Source: an uncultured delta proteobacterium (lineage in GTDB: Bacteria > Desulfobacterota > Binatia > Binatales > Binataceae). Taken from it: a stretch of 64,000 nucleotides of DNA. The stretch lies in NCBI GenBank assembly GCA_963724765.1, contig CAVRVY010000001.1, positions 512,001 to 576,000 of the forward strand, written 5' to 3'. The notes under the pieces were generated by a model. The model was given only the letters and a program-made list of their open reading frames with translations, searched no databases and was not told the origin of the DNA. Positions 28,747-38,795 of the stretch are shown here, piece by piece. Both the position numbers and the translations under genes were made by a program. Numbering within the stretch: position 1 is the stretch's first letter; the number at the start of each line of letters is the position of its first letter.

Positions 28747-29193
28747 CTATTTGATGTAGATCACGCCGAACTGGTTGTCGGTCACATGGCCCGCTTCGTC
28801 CATCGTGAAGTTCGAGGTGATGTAGCCGCTGGCGCCGCCAAACTGCCCTTCACCGCCCTCGACCCGCCACGTCACGGCTCCCGACTTGAGCTTCGGCTCC
28901 GGGCTGTCACTGAGATATCCCTGTCCCACCGTGCTGAAGCGCAGGCAATGATTGCCATCGCCGAAACGGATGCTGCCCGATTCCACAAATGACGTCTCGC
29001 CGGTGACCGTCACTTCCGACTCGAATGAGGCCTTGCCGCCGTCCGCCGGCTGCACGCTGCTGTGCACACCTTCGGAGCCGATCACGGTGGTCAGTGTGCA
29101 GCTCGGAGAACTCGTCATAGCCTTGAGCACATTCGGCGATTTGCCAGGCCCACCCTGTCCCTTGAACTGCATGGCATAGATGATCTGCTTCAT
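28747..29193 (-). CDS. Small beta-rich hypothetical protein (dirigent/allene-oxide-cyclase-like barrel?)
   Basis: GGAGGAG RBS; GGEGQFGGASG motif; co-oriented with the hydantoinase operon. Confidence 0.7.
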   Translation of the reverse strand: MKQIIYAMQFKGQGGPGKSPNVLKAMTSSPSCTLTTVIGSEGVHSSVQPADGGKASFESEVTVTGETSFVESGSIRFGDGNHCLRFSTVGQGYLSDSPEPKLKSGAVTWRVEGGEGQFGGASGYITSNFTMDEAGHVTDNQFGVIYIK

Positions 29194-29308
29194 AGCTCGG
29201 TCTCCTCCGTGATGGTTTCCCGCGCTTGGCGGGTGAGTAACTGCAAATCAGTGAAAAGGCAATGTTGCTTTCGTCCGTCCTGCGCTTTGCACGCGCGAAA
29301 TCAGGAAT

Positions 29309-31333
29309 CTAATATTCGATCGGTCTGACAGTGTACTTGTAGAGGTCCTTCCAATAGCGCTCCAGCACGCTATCGTCGGCGCAGCGCGTGCATTCCAGGT
29401 CCATATCGGATACCGCTATAAGCCCCTTCTTGATTAGTGTTTCGGCGTAAGCGCCGCGATCGATGAGCTTGGTGACCCCGCGCTCAGCGGCGATTTGCCG
29501 CCGCAGGCGCTCCGTCGCTTCTGCATCGATCGCGAAGGTCACCGGATCGATTGCCACGCCGTAATGATCGCGGGCGCTTTGCGGCGAGACTAGGCGGCGG
29601 ACCACGTCCATCCGTACCTCCTCGAGCGCGCGCTCCAACGGATCTCCCCAGCCACCGCCACCGGGCGTAGCCAGACGCACCGTGTCGCCCGCCTTGATCG
29701 GTACGACGTCGCGGCTGAAGTAGACGTACTCCTCACGCGGCGTGCCGGGATTCTTGACCGAATATCCGGGGGCGCCGGGTTTGCCCCCTTTGATACCGAT
29801 ACAGCCGAACGCGGTGCGCTCGGTCACCGTGAGGTAAAAGCCGTCGACCAGGCTGCGCATCTCCTTGATGTAGCCGAGGCCGCCCCGGTACTTGCCAGCG
29901 CCGCCCGAATCGCAGGCCAGGCCGACGCGTTCGACCACCACCGGAAAGCGCTGCTCGATGAACTCGGCGGGCAGGTTTTTGGAGTAGGGCACCAGGTCGA
30001 CCGCGTCGGTGCCGTCGGCATAGGGACGCGCGCCCGATCCGGCACCGAAAATCTCGCGCAACAGGAACAGCTTACCTTGGGCGTCGCGCCCGCAGAATCC
30101 GTAGATCTGGATGTTCTGCATGTCGGCGACCACATGGCCGTCGAACGCCTTGGCCATCGCCACTGTGTAGGCGCTGATGGTGCGCAGCATACAGGTCATG
30201 CGGCTGACCACCGGCGCGGGAAATTCCGCGCTGAGTACGGTGCGCTTGGGCACATAGCAGCGAAAGACCTGGCTCACGCCGTCGTTGATGATCACACCGG
30301 GAATCTGCGCCTTGAAAAATGCGCCGAGCCATTTCGAGTAGTGACGGCCGTCGAGCGGCCAGTTGACCGGTCCCTGGGTTTGCGGGCTGGTGCCGTCGAA
30401 GTCGAGGATTATTTTTTCGGGATACTTGCGTACGGTTAGCTTCAGCTTGACCGGCTTGTCCAGCGTAAGGCCGTCGTTTTCGACGAAATCCTCGCCCACG
30501 AATTCGCCGTCGGGCACCAGCGGCAGTCCCTCGCTTCGCAACACCTCGGCGCAGCGGTCGATGATCGCGTAAAAGGCCGCTTCGACCCGGTCGCCGCCGA
30601 AGCGCTCGCATAGCTCACGCACACGCCGTCTGATCACCTCATTGGCGCCGACGAAGGCGTCGATATCGCCACGCATGTCCTCAGGAAAGCGGCTGTTGCG
30701 GAGCAGGATGTCGTAAATGCCCTCCTGCAAGACCCGGCGAGAATAGAGCTTGACCGGCGGGCAAATCGTCCCCTCCTCGAAGATACTGGTCGAGGTGTTG
30801 GGCCAGGAGCCCGGCACTCGCCCGCCCACGTCATTGACGTGACCGAAAATCTGCGCGAACGCGATCAACCGGCCGTCCCAGAAAATCGGTGTGACCACGC
30901 AGTAATCGGGCAGATGGCCGATAGTGCCGGCGGACCCGTAAACATCGTTGTAGATGAAAACGTCGCCCTCGGCGATCTGGTCGAGCGGGAACTTCATCCG
31001 GATCGGATCGGCGGTGGCTGCCCATGACACCCGCGAAACCGACAGGCAATCGGCCGAGTTGAGCGACGCGCGATAGTCGTGCTGCTCGCGCACGATCGTG
31101 GAGCGGGCGGCGCGCTCGACCGCCGCCTCGGCCTCGACTATAGCGGCGTCCACGCCGCCGTCGACAATGTCGACGAGGATCGGATCCAGCCCGGTGCGCA
31201 GTTCCTTGATCAGCCGCGCGGCTTCGGGATCCATCGCGACCTGTCCATAGCGGAAGGGCGCGTAGTCGGCGAACGCGCGCGCCTCGTCGGCTTTGTCGTA
31301 GTAGGTTTGGGACATCTTCCGCTCATCTGACAT
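29309..31333 (-). CDS. Hydantoinase B/oxoprolinase family subunit (copy 1)
   Basis: GDVFIYND, GHLPD, GHVNDVGG, EEG..PPVKL, DSGGAGKYRGG, PGGGGWGDP. Confidence 0.93.
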   Translation of the reverse strand: MSDERKMSQTYYDKADEARAFADYAPFRYGQVAMDPEAARLIKELRTGLDPILVDIVDGGVDAAIVEAEAAVERAARSTIVREQHDYRASLNSADCLSVSRVSWAATADPIRMKFPLDQIAEGDVFIYNDVYGSAGTIGHLPDYCVVTPIFWDGRLIAFAQIFGHVNDVGGRVPGSWPNTSTSIFEEGTICPPVKLYSRRVLQEGIYDILLRNSRFPEDMRGDIDAFVGANEVIRRRVRELCERFGGDRVEAAFYAIIDRCAEVLRSEGLPLVPDGEFVGEDFVENDGLTLDKPVKLKLTVRKYPEKIILDFDGTSPQTQGPVNWPLDGRHYSKWLGAFFKAQIPGVIINDGVSQVFRCYVPKRTVLSAEFPAPVVSRMTCMLRTISAYTVAMAKAFDGHVVADMQNIQIYGFCGRDAQGKLFLLREIFGAGSGARPYADGTDAVDLVPYSKNLPAEFIEQRFPVVVERVGLACDSGGAGKYRGGLGYIKEMRSLVDGFYLTVTERTAFGCIGIKGGKPGAPGYSVKNPGTPREEYVYFSRDVVPIKAGDTVRLATPGGGGWGDPLERALEEVRMDVVRRLVSPQSARDHYGVAIDPVTFAIDAEATERLRRQIAAERGVTKLIDRGAYAETLIKKGLIAVSDMDLECTRCADDSVLERYWKDLYKYTVRPIEY

Positions 31334-31379
31334 ATGACTTCTCTTTCCGCGGCCTCAGCGTGTACGGAAGCCGCGCAGC

Positions 31380-33446
31380 TCAGCTTCGGGACATGACCAG
31401 ATTGCCGAAAGGGTCGATCGTGCCCTGCCATCCCGGCTCGATAACCGTGGTCGAGTCGTATTGCTCGACAATCGAAGGACCAGTGACGGTATTTCCCGCC
31501 AGCATCAGCTCTCGGGCATATATAGGACAGTCGGCGGTCTCGCGGCCCTGGTTTACATGGATGCGGCTGGTGGCTTTGAGCGCAGCACCGGCATCGGGAC
31601 TGCCCGCGCGCAGTTGAGGTACCGGCGGTCGCTTGATTAGACCAAGCCCGGTAACCCCGATGTTGACCAGCTCGGCGACCTCCTTACCTTCATACGAGTA
31701 GCCGTAGAGATCGCGATGATTCGCATGAAAGGTCGCGATCGCTTGAGCGATCGCGTCGGCAAGTTCTTCGCTGCGCTCACGCGGAACCAGCGGCACGCGT
31801 AACTCGTAGCCCTGGCCCGCATAGCGAAGATCCGCGAAGTGCATCAGGCGAACCTGGTCGAGCGCGATTCCGCCGCGGGTGAGACGCTCGCGGATGCGCG
31901 ATTCGAGGTCGCGCAGCTCGTGCCTTATCTGATCGAGGTCGATCCGGTCCTCGCGTTGCACGTCGGTATGTACTAGGTCGACCCGCACATCAGTCAGCAG
32001 CAAGCCGTGCGCGGAGGCCACGCCCGGGTTGGGCGGCACTATCACCTTGTGCATCCCCAGCCACTCGGCCAGGTAACAGGCGTGCAGCGGACCGGCACCG
32101 CCAAAAGCGACCAGCGAGTATTCGCGCGGATCGCGTCCCCGTTTGACCGAGACGGTGCGGATCCCGGCGGCGACGTTTTCCATCGCGACCCGCAGGACCC
32201 CTTCGGCGGCGGCGGTCACGCTGAGACCCAACGCCACGCCAATGGGTTCCATGGCGCGGACCGCCTTGTCGCGATCGAGCCTCAAGGCTCCGCCCGCCAG
32301 GCCCTGCACAATGCGCCCCAGTATGATGTTAGCGTCGGTGACGGTCGCTTCCGTGCCGCCGCGCCCATAGCAGGCGGGGCCAGGAGTTGACCCTGCGCTT
32401 TGCGGCCCCACTCTAAGGCTGCGGCCACCCGCCATCCATACGATCGACCCGCCGCCGGCGCCTACCGTGTGGAGATCGATCATAGGCGTTTTGACGTCAT
32501 AGATGCCGACCTTACCCTCGGTCAGCATGCGCGGGGTGCCTTCTTCGACCAGGCAGATGTCGGTCGAGGTGCCGCCCATGTCGAGAGTGATCACATTGGC
32601 GGAGCCCGCGAGTTGGGCATAATGGGTGGCGGCGACCACGCCCGCGGCCGGCCCGGAGAGCGCGGCAGCGATCGGGAGGCTCGAGATTTCCTGCGCCTGC
32701 GCCAGGCCGCCGCTGGACCGCATGATGCGAAAGGGGGCATTTATCCCGCGCCCCTGCAAGGCGGTCTCGATCCGCTCGTGATAGGTGGACAGCAACGGCA
32801 TCAAGGCCGTGTTGAGGCAGGTGGTGTTGGTTCGTTCGTACTCGCGATACTCGCGGAGAATTTCCGAAGAAATCGAAATGCGGCATTCGGGATAGACCTC
32901 GGCGATGAGATCGCGGACGTGCTCTTCGTGGCTTGGGTCACGGTAGGCGTGGAGCAGCGAAACCGCGATCGCGTGAACTCCCAACCGTTTGAACTCGCGG
33001 GCGAACTCACGAATTTGATCGGGCTCCACGGGGCGGACCTCGCGTCCGGCGACATCCATCCGCGCGCTGGTCTCGCGCACCAGTTCGAGGGGAACGACGC
33101 GCGGCGGCTTGATCCAGGTCGTGATGTCGCCGAATTCGCCCGGCACGGTCTGGCGCGCGCATTCCAGCACCTCGCGGTAGCCGCCGGTGACGATCAACCC
33201 CAGCACGTCGTACTTGCGCTCGAGGATTGCGTTGGTAGCCACCGTGGTGCCATGGAAGACCCCGCTGATCTCGGCGGGCGAAATTCTTGCGGCGGCGCGA
33301 ATCTCATCCACGCCCTCGATGAATCCCATGGAAGGATCCGCGGGAGTCGTGCGCACCTTGAGCAAATGTATGCGGCCGCTCGCCTCGTCGAGTGCAACCA
33401 GGTCCGTGAAGGTCCCGCCGATATCGATTGCCAGACGCCAAGCCAT
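31380..33446 (-). CDS. Hydantoinase A/oxoprolinase family ATP-binding subunit (copy 1)
   Basis: DIGGTFTD, HGTTVATN, SGPAAG, DMGGTSTD, GAGGGS, FGGAGPLH. Confidence 0.95.
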   Translation of the reverse strand: MAWRLAIDIGGTFTDLVALDEASGRIHLLKVRTTPADPSMGFIEGVDEIRAAARISPAEISGVFHGTTVATNAILERKYDVLGLIVTGGYREVLECARQTVPGEFGDITTWIKPPRVVPLELVRETSARMDVAGREVRPVEPDQIREFAREFKRLGVHAIAVSLLHAYRDPSHEEHVRDLIAEVYPECRISISSEILREYREYERTNTTCLNTALMPLLSTYHERIETALQGRGINAPFRIMRSSGGLAQAQEISSLPIAAALSGPAAGVVAATHYAQLAGSANVITLDMGGTSTDICLVEEGTPRMLTEGKVGIYDVKTPMIDLHTVGAGGGSIVWMAGGRSLRVGPQSAGSTPGPACYGRGGTEATVTDANIILGRIVQGLAGGALRLDRDKAVRAMEPIGVALGLSVTAAAEGVLRVAMENVAAGIRTVSVKRGRDPREYSLVAFGGAGPLHACYLAEWLGMHKVIVPPNPGVASAHGLLLTDVRVDLVHTDVQREDRIDLDQIRHELRDLESRIRERLTRGGIALDQVRLMHFADLRYAGQGYELRVPLVPRERSEELADAIAQAIATFHANHRDLYGYSYEGKEVAELVNIGVTGLGLIKRPPVPQLRAGSPDAGAALKATSRIHVNQGRETADCPIYARELMLAGNTVTGPSIVEQYDSTTVIEPGWQGTIDPFGNLVMSRS

Positions 33447-33470
33447 CGCTCCTCCTAACAGTTTGGCCGT

Positions 33471-35570
33471 TTATATACGTGACTTCGGTTCGCGGCTCAG
33501 CGCCAGCATCCCAACCGGGCTCATCGTGACTTGCCATCCGGGCGGGACAACCAGCGTCGCATCCTGCTGCTCGATGACCGCAGGCCCCGGTGTCCGCGAG
33601 CCGCTGCCAAGATCCTCCGCCGCGTAGATCGAACATCGGCAGCTCGCGCCCGTCTCGACAAAAAAAACGTCCCGCCGGGCGCGCGGCCGCGCCTCCGGTC
33701 GCGTGGCGATCTCAGGCAGCCGTGGCCGCGGAATCAGACCCTTGCCCGAGACGCGCAAGGCGACCAGCTCCACCTCGTGATCGGCTGGCCGCGAAAAGCC
33801 GAAACGCGCGGCGAAGCGCTCGCGAAATCGCGCCGCGGCCTCGGCGAGCACAACGCCGGTATCGCAGTGCTGCGCCAGTGAAATAGTGATTTCAGTCGCG
33901 AGTCCAGCGAAACGGAAATCGGCGCTGCGATCGAGCTGGCGGCGCTGGTCCGGAACTCGCTCCCGATCTAGTTCGGCGCTCACCTCACGCTCGAGCTCCG
34001 CAAGCGTCCGCTCGACCAGCGCCCGGTTCGGCTGTCCCATCGGCTCCATCACGCTGCACCCACGAATCGTCTGAAAGTCGGCGGCCAGCAGGCCCAGTGC
34101 AGCCGCCAGACCCGGCTTGGGCGGAAGCAGCACCCGATCCATCCCCAGCAGGGCGGCCAGATGCGCGGCGTGCAATCCCGCCGCTCCGCCCATCGCCATC
34201 AGGGCGAACCCACTTGCTTCGAGGCCGGCCAACGCGAGCGTGCGGCGGATGGCCGAGCAAAGCTGCTGGGAAGCGATCTCGATGATCCCGCAAGCGACGC
34301 GCTGGGGATCGAGTCCGCGATCCTGCGCCAAGCGGGTGAGCGCGGCGCTGGCGGAAGCCCGTGAGAGCTCAAGTGTGCCGCCCGCCAGGACTTCAGGCAG
34401 CCGGCCGAGCATCAGATGGGCGTCGGTGACAGTTGCCTCTACGCCGCCTGTTCCGTAGCAAGCGGGTCCCGGCATAGCGCCCGCGCTGCGGGGTCCTACG
34501 CACAAGCCACCAGTTGAACCCCAGGTGGCAATCGATCCGCCGCCGGCCGCAATCGAGCGAACGTCGACCGCCGCGCTGAAGAGCGGATAGCCTGCTACCG
34601 AGCGAACCACCTTGGCCTCGAATTCGTGGCGTTCGATAAGGCCGATGTCCGCCGAGGTGCCGCCCATGTCCAGCGTCACCAGGTCGCCATAGCCGGCCAG
34701 GCTGCCAAGCCAGGCCGCTCCCACCACGGCCGCGCTCGGACCGGAAAGTGCCGTATCGAGCGGTCGCTCCAGCGCTCCGCGTGCGCTGGCCAAACCGCCG
34801 CTGGCCTGCATCACCATCAGGGGAGCATCGCCCGGCAGCGAGTGGCGGTTCTCGAACGCACCTCGATCCGTAAGACCTGCCGTGAGACTTGTAAGATAGG
34901 CCGCCATCAGGGACTTAAGTGCCGCGTTGGCGCCGGTGGCGGCGGTGCGCGCATACTCGGCCGCGCGCCGGCTGATCTCGCAAGAGAGCAATACCTGCGC
35001 CCCGGCCATCTCCTCGCTGAGGATCTGTTTGACGCGCAGTTCGTGAGCCGGGTTGGCATAGCTGTGCAGAAGGGAGACGGCGATGGTGGCGATACCGCTA
35101 ATGCGAAACCCTCGCGCGGCGCGCCTTATCGTGTCTTCGTCCAGGCCACGGATGACACTGCCGTCGGCGGCAATTCGCTCGTCGACTTCCTGAACTAGTT
35201 CAGGCGGGACAATTGGCTTCCTATTTCGGTCCGGTTCGCCCGGTTGCAAATCAGCCTCGGTGCCGCCGCTGCCGCCAACGCCCAGAATTTCGCGGAAGCC
35301 GCGCGTGACGATCAGTCCAACGGCGGGTAGCTTTCCTTCCAACAGTGCGTTGGTCGCCAGCGTGGTGCTGTGAAGCAGGGTCGTGGCGCGCGCGCCATGC
35401 GGCGTCACCCGGGCTATCGCCGCGGCAATCGCGGCGCGCGGATCGCCGCCGGTATTCGGCACCTTCGCCCATCGCAGCCCGCCTTCTGCATCCAACGCAA
35501 GTGCGTCTATGAAGGTGCCACCCACGTCGACGGCGATCCTGGTCGCGGTCGATCTCACACTCCACTCCAT
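33471..35570 (-). CDS. Hydantoinase A/oxoprolinase family subunit (copy 2, divergent)
   Basis: DVGGTFID, HSTTLATN, SGPSAA, DMGGTSAD, AAGGGS, MGGAAGLH. Confidence 0.9.
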   Translation of the reverse strand: MEWSVRSTATRIAVDVGGTFIDALALDAEGGLRWAKVPNTGGDPRAAIAAAIARVTPHGARATTLLHSTTLATNALLEGKLPAVGLIVTRGFREILGVGGSGGTEADLQPGEPDRNRKPIVPPELVQEVDERIAADGSVIRGLDEDTIRRAARGFRISGIATIAVSLLHSYANPAHELRVKQILSEEMAGAQVLLSCEISRRAAEYARTAATGANAALKSLMAAYLTSLTAGLTDRGAFENRHSLPGDAPLMVMQASGGLASARGALERPLDTALSGPSAAVVGAAWLGSLAGYGDLVTLDMGGTSADIGLIERHEFEAKVVRSVAGYPLFSAAVDVRSIAAGGGSIATWGSTGGLCVGPRSAGAMPGPACYGTGGVEATVTDAHLMLGRLPEVLAGGTLELSRASASAALTRLAQDRGLDPQRVACGIIEIASQQLCSAIRRTLALAGLEASGFALMAMGGAAGLHAAHLAALLGMDRVLLPPKPGLAAALGLLAADFQTIRGCSVMEPMGQPNRALVERTLAELEREVSAELDRERVPDQRRQLDRSADFRFAGLATEITISLAQHCDTGVVLAEAAARFRERFAARFGFSRPADHEVELVALRVSGKGLIPRPRLPEIATRPEARPRARRDVFFVETGASCRCSIYAAEDLGSGSRTPGPAVIEQQDATLVVPPGWQVTMSPVGMLALSREPKSRI

Positions 35571-36682
35571 CGGCGCGCTATCGTTTCATAGATGTTCGCG
35601 GCCGCTTCAATCATGTCCACCGTGCAATACTCATCGGTCTGATGCGCCAGCGTCATATCGCCCGGTCCAAGGATTACCGTCGGAGCGCCATCGAAGGCAG
35701 GCTTGAGCGCAGCGGCGTCGGTGAAGTAGGGCGCCCCGCGCGGCTCCAGCTTCTCTCCGACAATAGGCTCCATGATTTCGAAGATTTCCCGGATCCAGGG
35801 CTCGCCGGCGTCGGTCCATACGCCGGGCACGTTAACCACCGGTGTCACGGTTACCTGATCTCCCAGGTAGGCCTTGATGCGGCTGAGGAGCGTGTTGTGG
35901 TCCTGGCCGGGGATCGTGCGGATATCGATCGTAAACTCCGCGCGGTCGGGCACCGAGTTCAGATTCATGCCGCCTCTCATCGTACCGACATTGAGCGTCG
36001 GAGCGCCCAGCAGTGGATGAGGAGCCACGTCGAAACTGAATCGTTCGATCGCGCCAATCGCGCGGGCCGCCTTATAGATCGCGTTGACCCCGAGATGGGG
36101 CATCGAGCCGTGAACGGTAACTCCCGTCGCCTCGGCCTGGAGCCAGAGCGCGCCCCTATGGCCGACAATCGGATAGTTGGAAGTCGGCTCGGCGATGACC
36201 AGGGCGCGCGCGTCTCGCACGGCCTGGGTCCGCGCAAGATCGAAGCTGCCCTGGCAGCCCGTCTCCTCGCCGGCCACCGAGACGAACAGCACGTCGGCCT
36301 TGCCCCGTGGCAGCCGAGCCAATTGGAGCGCAGTCCAAACATATGCCGCGACGCCGGCCTTCATGTCGGTCGTACCACGGCCGTAAATCTTCCCGTCTGA
36401 AATCTCACCGGCAAAAGGGTCCTTGCTCCAGGGCTTGGCGCCAAGCGGCACAGTGTCGATATGCCCGCCGAAGCAAATCGGGGCCTTTCCACCGGCACCC
36501 GCAAGCCGTGCAACGATGCTGGTCCGGCCATCGGCAAACTCGTGATAGCTTACCTGCAAACCCGCATCCTGCAGCAGTTTGCCGACATACTGCGCACATT
36601 CGAGCTCCCGCCCTGGCGGATTCATCGTTTCGATTTGGACCAGCTCACGGGTGATTTCGAGCGGTGTCTTGTTCATAGCCAT
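35555..36682 (-). CDS. M20 metallo-amidohydrolase (ArgE/DapE family)
   Basis: GHIDTVP, GRGTTDMKAG, GEE, IAEPT, AHQTDEY. Confidence 0.93.
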   Translation of the reverse strand: MAMNKTPLEITRELVQIETMNPPGRELECAQYVGKLLQDAGLQVSYHEFADGRTSIVARLAGAGGKAPICFGGHIDTVPLGAKPWSKDPFAGEISDGKIYGRGTTDMKAGVAAYVWTALQLARLPRGKADVLFVSVAGEETGCQGSFDLARTQAVRDARALVIAEPTSNYPIVGHRGALWLQAEATGVTVHGSMPHLGVNAIYKAARAIGAIERFSFDVAPHPLLGAPTLNVGTMRGGMNLNSVPDRAEFTIDIRTIPGQDHNTLLSRIKAYLGDQVTVTPVVNVPGVWTDAGEPWIREIFEIMEPIVGEKLEPRGAPYFTDAAALKPAFDGAPTVILGPGDMTLAHQTDEYCTVDMIEAAANIYETIARRWSGV

Positions 36683-36749
36683 ACGTTCGCTCCTCGGACT
36701 GCCCGTGCCCGGCCGATCCTTTGCACGGTCGACAGATCTCCCAGCCCGC

Positions 36750-38795
36750 TCAGGCCTCCGTTATATGTAGAAACCCCAAATCGTCCACGCGAACCTGCTG
36801 GCCCGGATGGACCAAAGTTGTGGAGGACGCCTCCTCGACAATCAACGGACCAAACGCGGTGAAATCTGGGGGCAACAGTTCGCGTTCGAGGACGACCGCC
36901 TCATGGCTGCCCTCCTCGGCGAATTCGACGATGCGCTGGCCCTTGCGGGCCGCTTGTGCCGAGCGCCCCTCAGCGCTTATCCGCCCAAGCTGCGGCCGCG
37001 GCACCCGTTCGACGGCGGTGAGACGGAAGGTAACGAACTCGACCGGCGTTTCGGGCAGGCGAAAGGTGTAGACGCGCTCGTGTGCATCGTGAAAGTCACG
37101 CAGAATATCTTCGACCGTGGAGCGTTCGATATTGACCGGGACAGTTACGGAATGCTCCTGACCGAGATAGCGAAGGTCGATTCTGTATTCGAAGGCAAGC
37201 GCATTATCTGCCGGATGCTGCTCGGTGCGCAGAGACATCCGCGCCTCCTGTCTCAGACTCGCGAACAGCTCCAGAATGTCGTGAATTCCGATTGACTCCG
37301 CGCGACGAAGCGACGTCTGCGTGAAGTCTCGCCGCGGCTCGGTCACCAGCATTCCCCACGCCGAAAACAGACCGGGGTAAAGCGGAACTATAATTGATCT
37401 GACTCCGAGCTCACGCCCCAGCGCCCCCGCATGCATCGCTCCACCACCGCCGCCAACCACCAACACGAAGTCCCTTGGATCGTGGCCACGTTGAATCGAG
37501 ACCAGTTTGAGAGCCTCGATCATGCTCGCATCGACCAGGCGTATAACGGCAACGGCCGCCTCCATCACATTGGTCCTGAGCCTGTCGGCGACCTTGCGCA
37601 TGGCCCGTTTGGCCCGTTCGATATCGAGTTTGAGACGGCCCGCCGCGAAGTAGTCGGGGTTCAAAACGCCTGTAATGAGCTTCGCGTCCGTTACCGTTGG
37701 TTCTTCGCCCCCAAGGGCATAGCAAGCCGGGCCCGGATCGGCGCCGGCACTTAGGGGGCCCACGCGCAGCAAACCCGCAGTATCGAACCAGGCGATCGAA
37801 CCGCCGCCTGCTCCAATCTCAACGATATCGACGACCGGCACCCTGACCGGATAACCAAAGCGGTTGCGATCGTGTTCGAGTTTGTATTCGGTGGTCACTT
37901 TCGGCTGACCGTCTTCTATCGTCGAACACTTGGCCGTCGTTCCCCCGATGTCGAGGTAAATGGCATTGGGCTCGTGACAAAGCCGGCCCACCAGCACTCC
38001 ACCGTTGACGCCCGCCGCGGGCCCGGACTCGATGAGGGTGATGGGGTGCTCCTTGGCCCATTCAAAACTGGCTGTTCCACCGTTGGACTGCATCGCGGAG
38101 AAGGGACATCGAATCCCGATATCGGCCAGCGCCGACTGGAGCCGTCCGAAATACTGTTGCACGATAGGTTGCACGTACGCGTTGAGCACCGCCGTGTTTG
38201 CTCTCTCATACTCGCGCCACTCGCGCGTAATCTCGTGCGACGCCGTGATGGCAACCTCCGGCAGTCTCTCGCGCAGGAAAGCTGCGCAAGCGGCCTCATG
38301 CTCCGGCGCCGTGTAACTGTGCAGGAACTGGATAGCGATGGCTTCGATATTCTCGCTGCGGCATTGCGCGATTATCGGATCGAGGTCCTCGAGATGGAGC
38401 TGCTCGAGTTCCTTGCCCTGGGCGTCGACTCGTTCGCGGACCTCGAAGCGGTACCTGCGGCGCACAAATGGCGCTTCTTTCTCGAAGCGAAGATTGTAGA
38501 GATCGGGGCGATTCCCGCGAGCTATCTCCAGCACGTCGCGAAAACCGGCCGTGGTGATGAGTGCCGTTTTGGCACCCTTGCGCTCGGTGATGACATTGAT
38601 AACGGTGGTGCCGCCGTGAACAAAGAAGCCCACCTCGCCTGGAGGGATTTGTGAGAGCCGGATGGTATCGATCACGCCCTGCGTGAGTTCGCGAGGGGTG
38701 GTCAGCGATTTCGCGGTGCCCAGGTCACCCGTCGCTTCGTTAAAGTAGACGAGGTCAGTGAAGGTGCCACCGATATCAGAGGCCAGCCGCCACAC
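36750..38795 (-). CDS. Hydantoinase A/oxoprolinase family ATP-binding subunit (copy 3)
   Basis: DIGGTFTD, HGGTTVIN, ESGPAAG, DIGGTT, GAGGGS, SAGADPGP. Confidence 0.95.
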   Translation of the reverse strand: MWRLASDIGGTFTDLVYFNEATGDLGTAKSLTTPRELTQGVIDTIRLSQIPPGEVGFFVHGGTTVINVITERKGAKTALITTAGFRDVLEIARGNRPDLYNLRFEKEAPFVRRRYRFEVRERVDAQGKELEQLHLEDLDPIIAQCRSENIEAIAIQFLHSYTAPEHEAACAAFLRERLPEVAITASHEITREWREYERANTAVLNAYVQPIVQQYFGRLQSALADIGIRCPFSAMQSNGGTASFEWAKEHPITLIESGPAAGVNGGVLVGRLCHEPNAIYLDIGGTTAKCSTIEDGQPKVTTEYKLEHDRNRFGYPVRVPVVDIVEIGAGGGSIAWFDTAGLLRVGPLSAGADPGPACYALGGEEPTVTDAKLITGVLNPDYFAAGRLKLDIERAKRAMRKVADRLRTNVMEAAVAVIRLVDASMIEALKLVSIQRGHDPRDFVLVVGGGGGAMHAGALGRELGVRSIIVPLYPGLFSAWGMLVTEPRRDFTQTSLRRAESIGIHDILELFASLRQEARMSLRTEQHPADNALAFEYRIDLRYLGQEHSVTVPVNIERSTVEDILRDFHDAHERVYTFRLPETPVEFVTFRLTAVERVPRPQLGRISAEGRSAQAARKGQRIVEFAEEGSHEAVVLERELLPPDFTAFGPLIVEEASSTTLVHPGQQVRVDDLGFLHITEA

